In this document: positions 37,460 through 51,104 of the stretch, in pieces
Position numbering within the stretch: the first letter of the stretch is position 1
Layout: each line of letters starts with the position of its first letter
Origin: Lama glama
Taxonomy: Eukaryota
Direction: 5' to 3'
DNA length: 64,000 nucleotides
Assembly (NCBI GenBank): GCA_028534125.1
Contig: CM052817.1
Location: 51,462,001 to 51,526,000, forward strand
Notes under the pieces: generated by a model
Databases searched by the model: none
Told to the model about the DNA's origin: nothing
What the model saw: only the letters and a program-made list of their open reading frames with translations
Position numbers and translations under genes: made by a program

Positions 37460-37580
37460 GCTGCATTCATTCATTCAACACATACGTATTGGGCAATAGT
37501 CTGTGCCAGTCACTCTTCTCAGCATCAGAGTTATAATAGTGCAGAAAATAAGCAGAAGTCTCTGACACCCTGGAGCCTGA
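37460..37580 (-). mobile_element. L2 3' end
   Basis: 'cattcattcattcaacacatacgtattgggc...tgtgccagtcact...ccctggagc'. Confidence 0.75.
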
Positions 37581-39079
37581 GGCATTATTATTTTGAGAAT
37601 CGGTCATCAGAGTGTTGGAGTGATGTGATAAATGAAATGCTTTCTATTCCTATCTTTTCTTTCTCTGCATGTACAGAAGTAGCAGAAAGGTGACAGTGTT
37701 TGCTGAAGGTCATTCCAGTAGTTTATGACACAATGGGGAGGAACACGTGTATTAAATTTGGCACACGTGGTGCCATCTTTGTCTTGCCATGAAAAAAATA
37801 TACTCTCTCAGGTATATAAGTTCATTTAATACTAACAATGACAGGGTGAAAAAAAGACACTTAGTATTTTTTTTTTTTAGATGAAGAAAATGAAGTTCAG
37901 CAAGGGTAAGTGACTTGCTCAAGGTTATGCAGTTGATAAGAGACTGGATCTATTTCAACCCCAGGCCTTCCAGGATACTGATTATTTTAAACCAGAGGTG
38001 AACTCCTCCAAACAGTTCCAGAGACATGACTAGGTTCTTGATGGTTCCCATGCTTCTAGTTCATACAGAAGAGGAGTTGGTACTGAAGAGAAAATTCACC
38101 TCAAAGAAAGTTTGAAATGAGCAAGAATGAGTCACATACACTTAATAGCTAGACTGTAATACATATTTGAAAAAAATATATAGCACATGAAGTGCTCACA
38201 TATATGTTGCATTTGTTATATTGTGTGTCTATATTATATATAATTAGATAATTAAATAGATAAAGAAACAATAGATAATGAAAAGGATGAATTAACTTGA
38301 GTCTCAGCCATATCTGTAATTCACTCTGTTATTTTGGGTACCACTATGACTCTCAGCTTTCCTATTTGCTAAGTGGTGATGGGTAGCTATTATATCATCC
38401 ATCTTGTAGTATTGCTTTATGATAAAATAAGATAATGCATTTGAATGCATCATGTCATCCGTCAACCACTTAAGAAATAGAAACGATGATAGTTGATTAA
38501 AAAGATGTTTCTATATTGCTATTTTCAAAAATACCCAGAAAACAACAGTTTGGTAGTTTAAAGTAACAACCACTCAGCTGTCTCTTTGGCATTTGAATAG
38601 TCAAAGAAATAAGTAAACTTTTAAGAATTTTTATACCTCAACTCCCAAATGAAGGACTTAATACTCTAATTTCACTTTGAATAAAATTAAGAAGAGGTTT
38701 TCTAAACTTTCTTTCCCTCCAGAACTGGTCTTTAATTGTGGACAGAAACAAAAACAAGCAAAACAAAGACTAACTTCTGGTTTAATTGATGTAAAATATG
38801 CATAGTTACCCTCAGTTCTAAATTTCACTGCTTATTTGAGTAAATATTTTTCCCCCAGAGCACCTTTTGTTAATATTTTATACTGAGAGTCTCAAAATTT
38901 TTCAGCCTCAATACATTAGGGCATAATTCTAACAGTAATAATAGTTCTTAAGAATGGGACTAAGGAATAATAAAGAGGCCTAGAGAATTAATTGAGTTCA
39001 TGATTGACTCTATTGCCATTCCTCTATTTTTTATGTTTTCATAAAATTTTGTCTTAAAATAATTTTTTAACCATTTGTT

Positions 39080-39590
39080 TTATTTTTAAATTAATATACT
39101 TTAATTTTTAGAGAAGTTTTAGATATATAGAAAAATGAGCAGGAGGCATGGAAAGTTCCTATACACAACCTCAGTATTCTCCTCACCCTGTTTCCACTGT
39201 TATTAGCACATTGCAGAGTCTGGTACATTTGCTGCAATCCATCAGCCGATATTGATACCGTATTAGCTAAAGGCTGTGGAGTATATTAGAGTTCACTCTT
39301 TCTATTGTACATTCTGTGGGCTTTCTTTTCTTTTTTTTCCCCTTTTCCTTTCTTTCCTTTTCTTTTCTTTTTTTTTTTTTTTTTTTGCAGAGGGCAGGTA
39401 ATTAGGTTTATTTATTTATTTGATTTTTCAGTGGTGGTACAAGGGATTGAACCCAGTTACCTCAGGCATGCTAGGCATGTGCTTTACCACTTGAGCTATA
39501 CCCTCCCCCCCCATTCTGTGGGTTTTAACAAATACGTAGTGATGTATGTCTACCATTACAGAATCATACAGAACATTCATTGCCCTATCT
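39080..39590 (-). mobile_element. Old L1 (L1MC-like) 3' end, interrupted by a SINE
   Basis: 'tttttagagaagttttagat...gaaaaatgagcag...ggtacatttg...gttcactctt...gtacattctgtggg | ttttaacaaat...ccattacagaatcatacagaac'. Confidence 0.7.
39325..39511 (-). mobile_element. Camelid Vic-1-type tRNA-derived SINE with A-rich tail and TSD
   Basis: Minus strand reads GGGGAGGGTATAGCTCAAGTGGTAAAGCACATGCCTAGCATG...GGTTCAATCCC...AATAAATAAACCTAATTACC + poly-A. Pol III A and B boxes are present. TSD CATTCTGTGGG(C/T)TTT at 39310-39324 and 39512-39526. Confidence 0.88.
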
Positions 39591-42290
39591 GTACACACCC
39601 TGAAGATGTACTTTGCTTCCTTCTAATTACACTAGAGTTACTTCAGTCACCTTCTGGAACATTTAATATTGATTAATCTATATAGTCTAAGCATACATGT
39701 AAAAGCATTGTTTCCTGGAAATTTTTTAGCAAGTGTTTTCAAAACTTATTCTTATGAGAATAAAATGAATGGTTATGTTTGTTTAGAGCAGATCACGCTC
39801 TTACATCTTAGAAATTCCACTGTTGCTCTTTCCGAAGGTGGTTGTTACGAAAGATCACAAGATACACCTGCCTCCTTTGCTTTGGTGGAAACTGCCTTTT
39901 CCCCACTGAGTTCTGTGTACTTCCTGTAACACACACTGGGCAAGCCTATCACGTTCCCCTGGGTGTCACTTCTGAATTGCATCGCAGGCTCTTATTTTTG
40001 TTCTCTTTTCTTCTTCCATTCAAAGAGGATAAACATTATTTTTGAAATATTTTCTTATGCTGATCTTAGGGTCTATTAGGATCATCCAGAATAATTTATT
40101 CGTTTGAGAGAGATTTCAGAATGTTGACTTAAATGGTATTTGTACTAAAATGGAGACCAAGTAACCTGCTCTCTGCCTGGGGGAGAAAGAATGAGCGTAG
40201 TCCTACACAGACATCACTTCAAAACAGGAGTTTATGGCTTTTCTTGTTATGGTGTCACTTTGTTCTATTTTCTGATTTCTTTGAGACAGAGAACCTACAT
40301 ATTTACTTTTGAAGTTGAAAATAACACAGGTTTAGATTATCCAAGATGGACTGTGAACACATCGTTAGTGTTTTATGTGAATACTCTTGAATCAAGAGAA
40401 ACTGAAAGTGAATTTTCTTTTCTCTTACACAGACTTCGGCAAAATTGTATGTGAGGGTTTTGCATGTGATTCCCTCTCCCCAAACTTAAGGGCAAAAAAT
40501 GAGGAGAACTAATTGAACACTGTTAATCTCTTATATTTTGGTTATGATCAGGGTGAGTTTTGCCAGAACCTTATTGTGGCTTTGCTTTCTACCAAAGGAG
40601 AGGAGAGATAATGATGAGCATCGAGGCCTGCACTGAGCGTGGAGAGGCAAATAAAGGATAAAGTGATGCTGAAGTGGGTAAAAACAAGCACATTGTTGGA
40701 TATAGAAAAGCTCTTTATTTGGACAGTGATAGAAAAGAATTCCAAAGGGAATAGATATTATACTATATAATACAAATGCCTGTATAGTGAAGAACAGTCC
40801 TGTTCCAAAGTAGCTTTGTATTCATTATTTTTTAGAAAAACAGAAAGCACACCCAACCCTAAGGTAATTAAGATAAATAATTTAAGAAATTCAAGATAGT
40901 CATTAAGCATACACTGAAGTTTAGATGAAGCCCAGTTTCGCATTTAGAGTTCCCACATGGAAACTTAACAATTATGAAGAAAGTTCTTTAAAATGTATAG
41001 CTGCTCTTTGGCATACAAGGCAAATGTTGTATTTTGTCTTTGACATATGCAGTTATATTGAATGAATTAGCAATAGTCATAGTGTATTCCTGCAAAGTAG
41101 GGTTGAGACTTGCATGTATTATTTGTTTACTAAGTAACTCTCTGTATATTTAAAGTCACTGTAAAACAGTGCCAATATTTTCTTCTTTACAGGCTCTTAA
41201 AACACTCCCACATTACAGGGAAACACAAATATAAAGTGGAAAATGGCCTATATCCATGATATCCTCTTGTTAGTCTTTTTTTCTTAACCTAACTGTGATA
41301 AGCTAGCTAAAGGCTTCATCTTTCAGACTGCACTTTAAGCCCTACTTCCTCAGGAAAGTATGCTTCAAAGACTGACTGTTCCCCCATTAGCAGATCATGC
41401 TGTGAAATCCTTTTTCCCTCCACCCCAACCCCTATCTATTTTTTCTCTCCATCGCAGTGTGTACAGCTATGTTATCCAGACTCATCACCTTGTCTAGCTT
41501 TCTACCCAGATGCTTAATTCTTCTGACCGATTCCTTTTGGATGACATTTTCCGTTGGTCTGTATAACAAGGAGGGAGCTTAAATGTGAACAGACTTTCAG
41601 GTCATTTCTAAAGAGTCATATACAAGCTACTATCACCTTGCCTGTGATGTGAGACACCTGTGCACACACGTGCATCAAACAGTCATTTCCCAGTATAATT
41701 CCCACCTGTTTCGTATTGGGTCCCCATATTTTCCTTTACTCCATTATGTAAATGGAGATTTCTGGGTGTCTGTCTAGAGGTTTCTCTGTGAAAGACTTAG
41801 TCCATGTAAAATCTGGGCCTAAAATCCTTTTCCTTCTGAAAAACATTCTACTCTTATTGATACTTGCACCAGTTTCCGTATGTGACTATAGTGATTTTTT
41901 TTTTACTTCCATCTTCCCATTCATTAATGAAGATGTTAAATAAAACAGGGCTTTGCAGGGGTCCCCAGGGCCCAAACACCAGGTATTTTCTGAGTGGTTT
42001 GATTGCTGTTTATCACGATCTTTTTTCTTTTTTTTTTCCCCAAACCATTCTTCAGCTGTTTTCAATTCATATGACAGTGCTCCCATGCAAGTCAATTTGA
42101 ATTAATTTTGCAGGCAAAATGCTTTATGGTCCTGAGTACATAATCTCCCTCTCCCACAGAGAAAAAATATACTGTAATCATCCAGCATTCCTGTTGATTA
42201 TTTCCATTAAAGGCAGCAGGGAGAGAGAGAATGCTCAAGACTCCTCTCGCGTTTGAAGTTTTTTAAGGCTTTTCCTATTCATTGCCTTAT

Positions 42291-42322
42291 TCTCTCTCTC
42301 TCTCTCTCTCTTTTTTTTTTTT
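42291..42322. repeat. (TC)10 followed by poly-T
   Basis: Seen directly. Confidence 0.9.
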
Positions 42323-43164
42323 GTGCCGTTCACTGCTTGCACTAATGCAGAAAATGATGGTCCAAACTGCTCAGCCTGGAATTTCTGTCCTCTGGAGCCT
42401 CATGCTTTTATCTTTGTGATCTTACATTCCACCACACTTCCCCTCAAATGAACTGATTTCTCTCTTTTTAACTCCCCAAAGGATTCATAAATATTTCTAT
42501 CTCTAGTGTTTTGCATAGATTACTTGAAATATTCCACCCTCCATGTTATTCATCGTAAGCTAATTATCTTTTCCAAGGCCCAGCTTAAGTTATATAGCAT
42601 GAAACTTCTTATTACCACCCAGAAGGATAACCACTTCCTAGGCTGAAATCAATATAGCACTTCCTATGGATTGAACACACTAAAAATTAGATATTCCATA
42701 GTGTTACCAGTGTTTGACTACTGTAAGCTTCTCTAGTGTAAAGATCTTTCTGTCTTTACCTCTAGCATGTTGCCCTGTGCCTCAAATATAAATTCACAGT
42801 AACCACATCTGCTACTGTTTGATACATAACTAGGCATCTGAGTCTGTAGGAAGTGGTGGTTGTTTGGACCCAAAAGGCTGTACATTTTTGGCTAAAAAAT
42901 AGAATAGTAGAAAAAGACATCAAAGTTTGGATGTAAGGGTTCTTACTTACTTGGTGTCATGCAAACTTGAACCAAGAATACTTTAATTATACAAGTTATT
43001 TCACCAAAAGACTATTATGTGCCAAATAGTGAGATTACATTGCTAGGCAGGACTCGATTCCTCGCCTCAACTATTCAAGTAGATTCTAAGTTTGAACAAT
43101 GTCCCCTAGAGTTGTGAAATATACAACCTGCACAAACATATGCACAACTCTGGGGCCCCCTCTC

Positions 43165-43330
43165 TGAATCTGGCTCTTCCCCTTACTACCTAATGTGTAG
43201 CAAGTTATTCACTCTGTATCTCTATTTTCTCATTCATACGTAAGTTTTGTATAATACCACCTACTGCACAACATTCTTATAAAGATTCGAATGAGATAAT
43301 GATGCAATGTTTAGTGCAATGCCTGGTTAA
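43165..43330 (+). mobile_element. MIR fragment
   Basis: 'tgaatctggctcttccccttactacc...gcaagttatt...ctctgtatctctattttctcatt...gaatgagataatg...ttagtgcaatgcctgg'. Confidence 0.75.
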
Positions 43331-45808
43331 CTCAAAAAACCCAAGATCAATTTAATTCTTAAAATAATGAAACCAAAGAATTGGGCAAGCTTTCATGAGC
43401 TAGGCAGTGGTCACCCTGCTCTTGACTAGTCATTTCTTCATTCTTCTCTCTGCAAATGTTATTCCTTTCCTTCACTTTCATACAACTCCAAATCTGATTG
43501 CCTGTACTTAAAAGACCACACAGAGTCTAATGAATTCCACTTGGCTCTGCTGTCTGTCACTGATTCCATATCTCTAGCTGGGCTGAGGAAGGAGGGTACA
43601 ACCGTGCAGTGTAAGTGTAGCTGTAGCTGTTGGTGGCCATTTCTGCTATGAGAGCAGCCTTTTAAAAATGGCCTGGCGTCATTTCAATCAGTGTCTCTAG
43701 AGATTCTGATGAGGAAGCATTTCCCTAAACATAAAGTTGTCTTCCTTCTCATATAAAATTGGCTTAGTTATATAAAAATAATTACTAACGTAACTAATGT
43801 GAAATGTTTTATTCCAAAAATGTGCAGTGAAATGAGTTGTTTCAGTGCATAATTTCTATCCTGTCTCTGAAGCCTGATTTCTACCAATGCATATGAAGTT
43901 TACTCAGCATTCAATAATTTTATTTGAGTGATCTATTTGATTTATTTAAATTCTATTTAAATTTATTTAAATTCTGTATTACATACATGTCCTGCTATTC
44001 TTATATTTTAGACTTCTTTATAGTCAGTGATCTACATCCTTTGGTTATTATCCTTCTGTTCTGTAACACAGGTATTTCTTTACCTCTGTGCTACTTTGAC
44101 TGCATGTTCCTGTGTACATTTAGTTATCATGAGTAAGCAGAAAACTAATAGCATTCTGTTAGCTCATTGTTTCCTTAGAGGCCAAGAAAATCACCCTTGT
44201 GATTGCTGACCTGGTTCTGAAAGTCCCTACGCTGCACTGTAAGCCATCTCTTGCTTAGAAGCAAATTATAGATACAAAGATATAGAAATAAAAGAGAAAG
44301 GCAGTCTTTACTATTGATTAATAGTCTTTACAGTCTTTAATATCGATTAATGCTTTCATTATTTGAGATTTCCTTACATGATTTCAATGCTTCCGGAATG
44401 TTATTGTGAGTATTTAATGGCATAGGTTATGAATCTAAATTTATTCAGAAAATACATTCCAATTCAGCTTTATTTCTTAACATTTGATCTAGAATATAGA
44501 TAATGTGAATAGTGTGCATATGCTTCATGAACGTCTGGCTTAATTCTTCATGTATTCCACTCCACACTGTATACGTCCGGACAGGACAGCTGCCGAAGCT
44601 GTTGGAGAAATTTCATTTTAAACAGAATTTTGTATAGTTGGGCATGCATGAACTTTTAGTCGATTATAACATGCAAATATGTAATAAGCCAAAGAATCAC
44701 AGGCTGTGCTGTGATTACGAATTATTTAAATAATGAAGGATTATTCAGTTTGTGTCACAAATTCTTCTAGTCTGCATGATTAAAGGCATAACGATGAGTA
44801 TAATCCTGAGAGATAAAGTAATTTCATTAAACAAGCTTCTCTGCTTCACTGTTTGCTTTTTTTTTTTGATGCCAGATTGAATAATGGTATTTTTAAAGGT
44901 AATTAACAGTGATCATATATTGTGTTTATATCATCTTATAATTTCGGAATTCTCTTACATTTGTAAAATATATAGATTAAGCTTATTATGATAAAAATAG
45001 CATATCATTTCAATGCTAAAATCAGGAAAATTTAAATAGTTCCAAAAAGTGATATTAGAATGTCATTAATCTTGTAGGTGAAAGGTAGCTGTCATGTCAT
45101 CAGATGTTGATAGTGATTTCTAGCTTGCCAATCATCAGTAATTTTCATGGTAGCATTATTCATTAGTATCCTGAAGCTCATTCCTGACATGCACATATAT
45201 ATTGTGTTCTTCTTTGAAAGTGGTAATGAGACTGAAGTTCCAATGTCATATATGCAGTCAGTAAAATATTGTAAGATTCTCTTATGCACCCTCTTTGCAT
45301 CTTCAGATGGAAAATTTAGGACATAAACAGTGAGAAATAATACACAAACCACAGGATTTTATAGTTGGAGTTCTTCATATTATTAGACAAACATGGTCTA
45401 TATTTCCAATGTACTTTAAAGAGTTTTTTTTTAATGAATTCATATATTATAAAACTATTAAAACCATCACCACAAAAACAACAGCAGTAACAATAAAAAC
45501 CAAACAATAATGATAACAACATGAGTTCATGCTGAGTTAAATTTGCTGGTTCCAAACCTTAATTACCTCAGTTTACTCATCCATTGAAAAAGAATTGCTG
45601 GTAATTATTAAGATTCTTGTAATACCGACCATTTTCTGCTTTTATAGTTCTGACTTTGATTTGAAATCTGACAGAATAAGTGACTGTAATATGTTCAGGA
45701 GTGTTAACACTGGTTGTTGGAACTTGTATAAATCTATGAAGAAATCAGTTCTATGGTTCTGGGTAGGGTGGTCAAATCTGAGAACTGAGGTATGAATTGA
45801 GCATGGCT

Positions 45809-46142
45809 GGCTATGGACTGAATGTTTGTGTCCTCAAATTCATGTGTCAAAAACCTGGTGCAATGGTACTAGGAAGTGCTTTCAGGAGGTAATTAAGTCA
45901 AGGAGTAGACCCCTCAGAATGGGGTTAGTGCCCTTCTAAGAGGCAGGGGAGGTCCACGTCCTCTCTTTCTCTGTTGCCATGTGAGGATACAGCAAAGTAT
46001 CTTCCTACAAGCCAGGAATTAGGATCTCACCAGACAGTAGATCTGCTGGTGCCTTAAACTTGTCCTGCCCACCCTCCAGAACTGTGAGAAATAAATATTT
46101 GTTGTTTCAGCCACCTTGTCTATAGCAGATTGAATGAAGACA
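45809..46142 (+). mobile_element. MLT1A-like ERVL-MaLR solo LTR
   Basis: Starts 'gctatggactgaatgtttgtgtcc', contains 'gccatgtgaggatacagc' and 'ctccagaactgtgagaaataaat', ends 'aagaca'. Confidence 0.88.
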
Positions 46143-48589
46143 AGTGCCAATTTCTATTTTTTGTAAAAGAGTAATAAAGTATAATGTGATCAGCAGAGAA
46201 AAGGGAACAAGAATATGAAAGATGTCTCTTTCCTGATCAAACAACACATTCCATAAAATGAATATGTATTTGGTAAACAAGACAGTCTTTTAGCAAATAA
46301 CTTGAGGGCTAAGACTTCTGAATTGATGCCCAGTATTTCCCAAAGTGATGTTTTACTTTAGTAGATCAGTAGATTTAGTAGATTGTCTGAAACAGAAAAG
46401 AAATGTATTGAGTCAAAGGGTTCTATTCTGAAGTAGTTTCGAAAATATTAAATGAAATGGAATTCAATGTATTTCTCTACCTGTTGTATTATACTCAGCC
46501 TGTATAGATTAATGACCATGGAGGTCTCTCAAATTATTTGATCAAGAAACATTTTACCCACTGTATGTATAAACCCCTTCATGAAGAATATTGAGTAGAA
46601 CACAGTTTAGGAAACATGTTATTCAAAGAACTTATTCTCCTTTTAAAATGTGTCTGGATGCAGTGGTACAGAGAAATAACAATAAAGGACTATATTTTTC
46701 CCTTTATCATGATGACATAAGGAACAGTGCCTAGGAATTGTTTTCTTACACATGCCTGGAAATTTTGTCTAAAGCACCATAATAAAAACTAGCTAGTCTG
46801 TCACTGGAAATTACAGCCTATACATAGTTTCTCATATGTTGGATGGGCCACATTAGGATTATTCCAAGCTCTTATTGAAGAGACTAGGTGACCTAGACAT
46901 GCAAGCTATGGTTGGAGAAGATTTCAGATCTACCTTTCTCAGGGGTCAATGAAAGAAATCCCTTTTCATTTACATAAATGAGACACAAAATAATCTACTT
47001 AGCTCACGCTTTAACTACACATCTGTATAATATCATCTGTTGCTACATGGTAGGACAGAGAATGAAGCCATCTAAAATCCCAGAAAGTTATACTGAATGA
47101 ATGTTTTCTAAAAAAAAAAAAATGGTGTAACTTTTCCCTATATCTATGGATCACACATGCACAAGTGGATTTTCTAAATAACACTTTGATTTGAAATTAT
47201 ATGAGTTTGCATGTAACTTAGAAGTCATGCTTTTGAACTTAATTTCTTGAATAGTTTATATGTTCATCATTTTGTCCAACAAGTATTTATCCATCAAACT
47301 ATGTGCTAGAATTATGCTAGACACTCAAGATATAAAGATGCAATAACCATTCACTGATTTTTTTAAGAAGTTCAAGTCTTGTAAAGGTTTTTAACAATGA
47401 AATTTGAACTCCAAATTCAGATGCACAACATTTAAATAGTCTATAAAAATAATGAAGTAGTTAATAATTATGTTTTAAGTGGACCCTGAGAAGCAATCTG
47501 TATATTCAATATGTTAGGCTTCTAGTGCAATCCTTATAAAACCTCAGGAGTTCAGAAGTATTTTTCATTATTGCAATAAATTCATGTTTTATTTCTCCTT
47601 TCTCCATTGCCAGTGACGGATTTAAATATCAAGCCATATTTTACATAATGCCTCTGTTCAGAATGTAAACTGTTACTCAAAGTGTGACTTAGATGTATGT
47701 GATACTCAGCTAACATGTATTGAAACACTTTCTTATATAAAAATTAAAATAACTGCTAACAAACCCACATACTAGGATCTGGATGTTGTCTGGGTCAGTT
47801 GGTGATACCAAAATCAGATTGACTTATTTTTAACTATAAATTGAATCAGTTATGATACTGTGGATCATTCCTTATCATGGAGCTACAACCACAGAGGTAA
47901 GCAGATTTTTAAATTTAGCTCATTTTGCAGTGGCCTCCTTTTGTGAATTAGGTCAAGTAGGTCAATTACTGAATCTTTCTAGAGATGAGAATGTTGACTT
48001 ACTTCATAGGAGAACTGCGAGAGAAATATACGCACTGTTTAAATGCTTGATATCCTAATATTTCTGAGTGTCATAGCTGGCATCATCTGATGACTGGAGA
48101 AGGTTAGTTAACCTCCTGTATTACATACTGTGTGATTGCCTCTGCACTTGATAAGAGGAGCACGTGGAACATACGACAATCCTTCATAGATGTGTTTTCT
48201 ATACATTCATATAAAAAGGCAAGTAATCATCTTATATATTGTATACAATAAATTAGCAGTATCAGAAAAAAATAGATCCGCAGGCTCAATACTTCTCTTT
48301 ACATGGCTTTTTCTTCTATTATCTCAGCCTATTGCATTTAGTAGAGTTTTCTTTACAGAACATCTCTGTGTCTTTTTTTACATTCAATAATTTATGTAGG
48401 CGATCACATAGTATAAAGCTTAATAACATAACAGAAAACCCTGCTTTCTTAGTTATCTAAATCTTAAATATCTTTAGTTCTGTAGTTAATAAAAACAATC
48501 ATGTGCAATAAACACTGAACTCCAAGGTGGTCATTTCATGTATACCGATGACTCTTTTTCACAACAGTTGTTTTTTTCAGTTATCATTT

Positions 48590-48845
48590 GCTTTTATGGT
48601 AGCTGATTTACAGTGTTTCAGGTGTTACAGCAAAGTGATTCAAGTAGTTATATATATATGTTCTTTTTTCATATTCTTTTCCATTATAGGTTATTTCAAG
48701 ATACTGAATACAGTTCTCCATGCTATACAGTAGATCCTTATTGCTTGTCTATTTTATATATAGTAGCATGTATCTGTTATTCCCACATTTCCAGTTTATC
48801 CCTACTCCCCTTTCCCATTTGATAACCACACATTTGTTTTTGTTT
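48590..48845 (-). mobile_element. L1 3' UTR fragment (artiodactyl type)
   Basis: 'ttcaggtgttacagcaaagtgattc...ttccattataggttatt...tgctatacagtagatcctt...taaccac'. Confidence 0.85.
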
Positions 48846-49756
48846 TTGGTTTTTTTTGCAATTTTTAAATATTTGTCTGTTAAACTTGTTACTTTACAGA
48901 TGAAATTATTTTCAGTAGTTTGTGTCCTTAAAGACATCTACCTTCAAATTTATTAGAATATTATGAGGGAGATAACAGTGGGTTTTATGTTGTTATGATT
49001 TTAAAAAGAAAAGCACTGTGTGGTAGCAATAAATGAAAGTTCTTGCCCCCATCTACAGTTAGCGAGTCATGCATCTGTCAGTGGGTGACAACTACACTCT
49101 GCAGTGAATCTGTTAATTGCTAATCTCAAAGGCATTGAATAATGACATGTAAACCTAAAAACGTTCAAGTTTTGGTTTTGGAATGTCACCAAAATTGTTT
49201 TTGTATTTAAAATAATTCAATAAAAATTAACTATCTTATAATTATTTTCTCTCTTTCTATTTAACTTCTCCTGAAGCATCACAATTATTTCCATTTTATT
49301 TGAAATACATCTCTACAGGTTATTCTGCCAAATTCTGTTTTCCTAGTTTCTGATCTATGTCATAATTGGTAATAGTGAAATGTGAGGTTAGCTGTTAGAT
49401 CATAGATTTTTACTTCAATTTTTTGTCCGTTAGTCATTAGTTACTGATGATGTAAATATATGCATTGTTAGCACTTTCTAAAGCTTTACTTGGAAGTTAG
49501 CAATTTTGTCAAATAAAACCATAAATTTCATAATATAATAGTTGCCATTGTGCTGCCAAAGCTCATGGTTGTTAAAACACATAGTTCATTTGTTGCTAAG
49601 AGGAAGACACTCTTTATGACAATCTTTAAAGTGATTTCATTAAGAACTTTTGTTATATTGTTCTATGACATTCATGATTGTAGACATGATCCATTTTATG
49701 ACAAGGCAGACATAGACCTATGAGGCAGTCATTATGAAGAAATTGATCTCAAAGTG

Positions 49757-50199
49757 TTTCTTTTTATTGAAGTATAGTTGATTTACAATATTGTATTAGT
49801 TTCAGGTGTACAACAAAGTGATTGTTATTTTTTTCAGACTATATTCCCTTACAGGTTCTTATAAGATATTGAACATAATTCCCTACGCCATATAGTAAAT
49901 TCTGGTTGCTTATCTGTTTTATGTATAGTAGTGTGTATCTGTTAACCCCAGACTCCTAATTTTTCCTCTCTCCTCCTCCACTTTGGTAACCATAAGTTTG
50001 TTTTTGTGTCTTTGAGTCTGTTTCTGTTTTGTTGTATAGATTTATTTATATTATTTTTAGATTCCACATATAAGGGATATCATACACTGTTTGCCTTTCT
50101 GTGTCTGACTTACTTTACTCAGTATAATATTCCCTAGGTCCCTCCATGTTGCTTACACATGGCAATATTTCATTCTTTTTTATAGCTGAATAATATTCC

Positions 50200-50245
<46 letters not shown>

Positions 50246-50870
50246 CCAATTGTCTGTTCATGGGCACTCAGGTTGTTTCCATGTCTCAGCTATTATAAAT
50301 AGTGGTGCCATGAACACTGGGGTGCATGTGTCTTTTCAAATAGTAGTTTTCATTTTATTCTGGATGTATACACAGGAGTGGGATTGCTGGATCATATGGT
50401 AGTTCTGTTTAAATTTTGAGGAACTATTTTCCCTGGTTGCTGTACCAGTTTTACATTCCCACCAACGGTATAGGAGGGTTCCCTTTTCTCCACTCCCTCT
50501 TTGGCATTTATTTGTAGAGTTTTTAATGATGGCCATTCTGACTGGTATGAGATGATACCTCACTGTGGTTTTGATTTGCATTTCTCTAATAATTAGTGAT
50601 AGTGAGCATCTTTTCATGTGCCTGTTGGCCATCTGGATGTCTTCTTTAGAGAAATGTCTGCTTAGGTCTTCTGCCCATTTTTTTGATTGGGTTTTTGTTG
50701 TTGTTGTTATTAAGTTGTGTGAGCTGTTTGTATATTTTGGAAATTAAGCTCTTGTAGGTCACATATCTTGCAAATATTTCCTCCCATTCTGTAAGTTGTC
50801 TTTTGTTGATAGTTTCCTTTGCTGTGCAAAAGCTTTTAAGTTTCATTAGGGCCCTTTTTTTTTTTATTTT
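49757..50870 (-). mobile_element. 5'-truncated L1 (~1.1 kb: disrupted ORF2 C-terminus + 3' UTR)
   Basis: Track ORFs 50646-50846 ([14 protein letters not shown]...TEWEEIFA...LISKIYKQL) and 50336-50632 ([35 protein letters not shown]) are L1 ORF2p C-terminal sequence with frameshifts. L1 3' UTR follows. Confidence 0.95.
50202..50242. repeat. (TG)20 microsatellite inside the L1 3' region
   Basis: Seen directly. Confidence 0.95.
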
Positions 50871-51018
50871 ACTGATGTCAGAATTTTTATGTCTCAGTCT
50901 GTAAGGAGTGGCTATTCTGAATATACCTAGAATTCCAAAATCCTGGAGCTTCCTGCCTCATATAGCTATCTTGGAAAGCTATAAGAAAGATAATTATTAT
51001 ATGATAACATTTTATTTA

Positions 51019-51104
51019 TTATATTATATCATTTTAACTTTTATGATTGTTATTTTCATTTTAATGAAATTTTTATATTACATCATTTTAATTTTTATGA
51101 TTGT
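51019..51104. repeat. Imperfect 32-bp direct repeat, 54-bp period
   Basis: ttatattatatcattttaacttttatgattgt (51019-51050) and ttatattacatcattttaatttttatgattgt (51073-51104), 2 mismatches. Confidence 0.85.

Noticed and set aside
39430..39511. tRNA gene on minus strand
   Set aside because: tRNA-like head continues into a SINE body, poly-A tail and TSD; it is a SINE, not a tRNA.
50336..50846. ORFs resembling a real protein
   Set aside because: Frameshifted L1 ORF2p C-terminal fragments in a truncated element; not an active gene.
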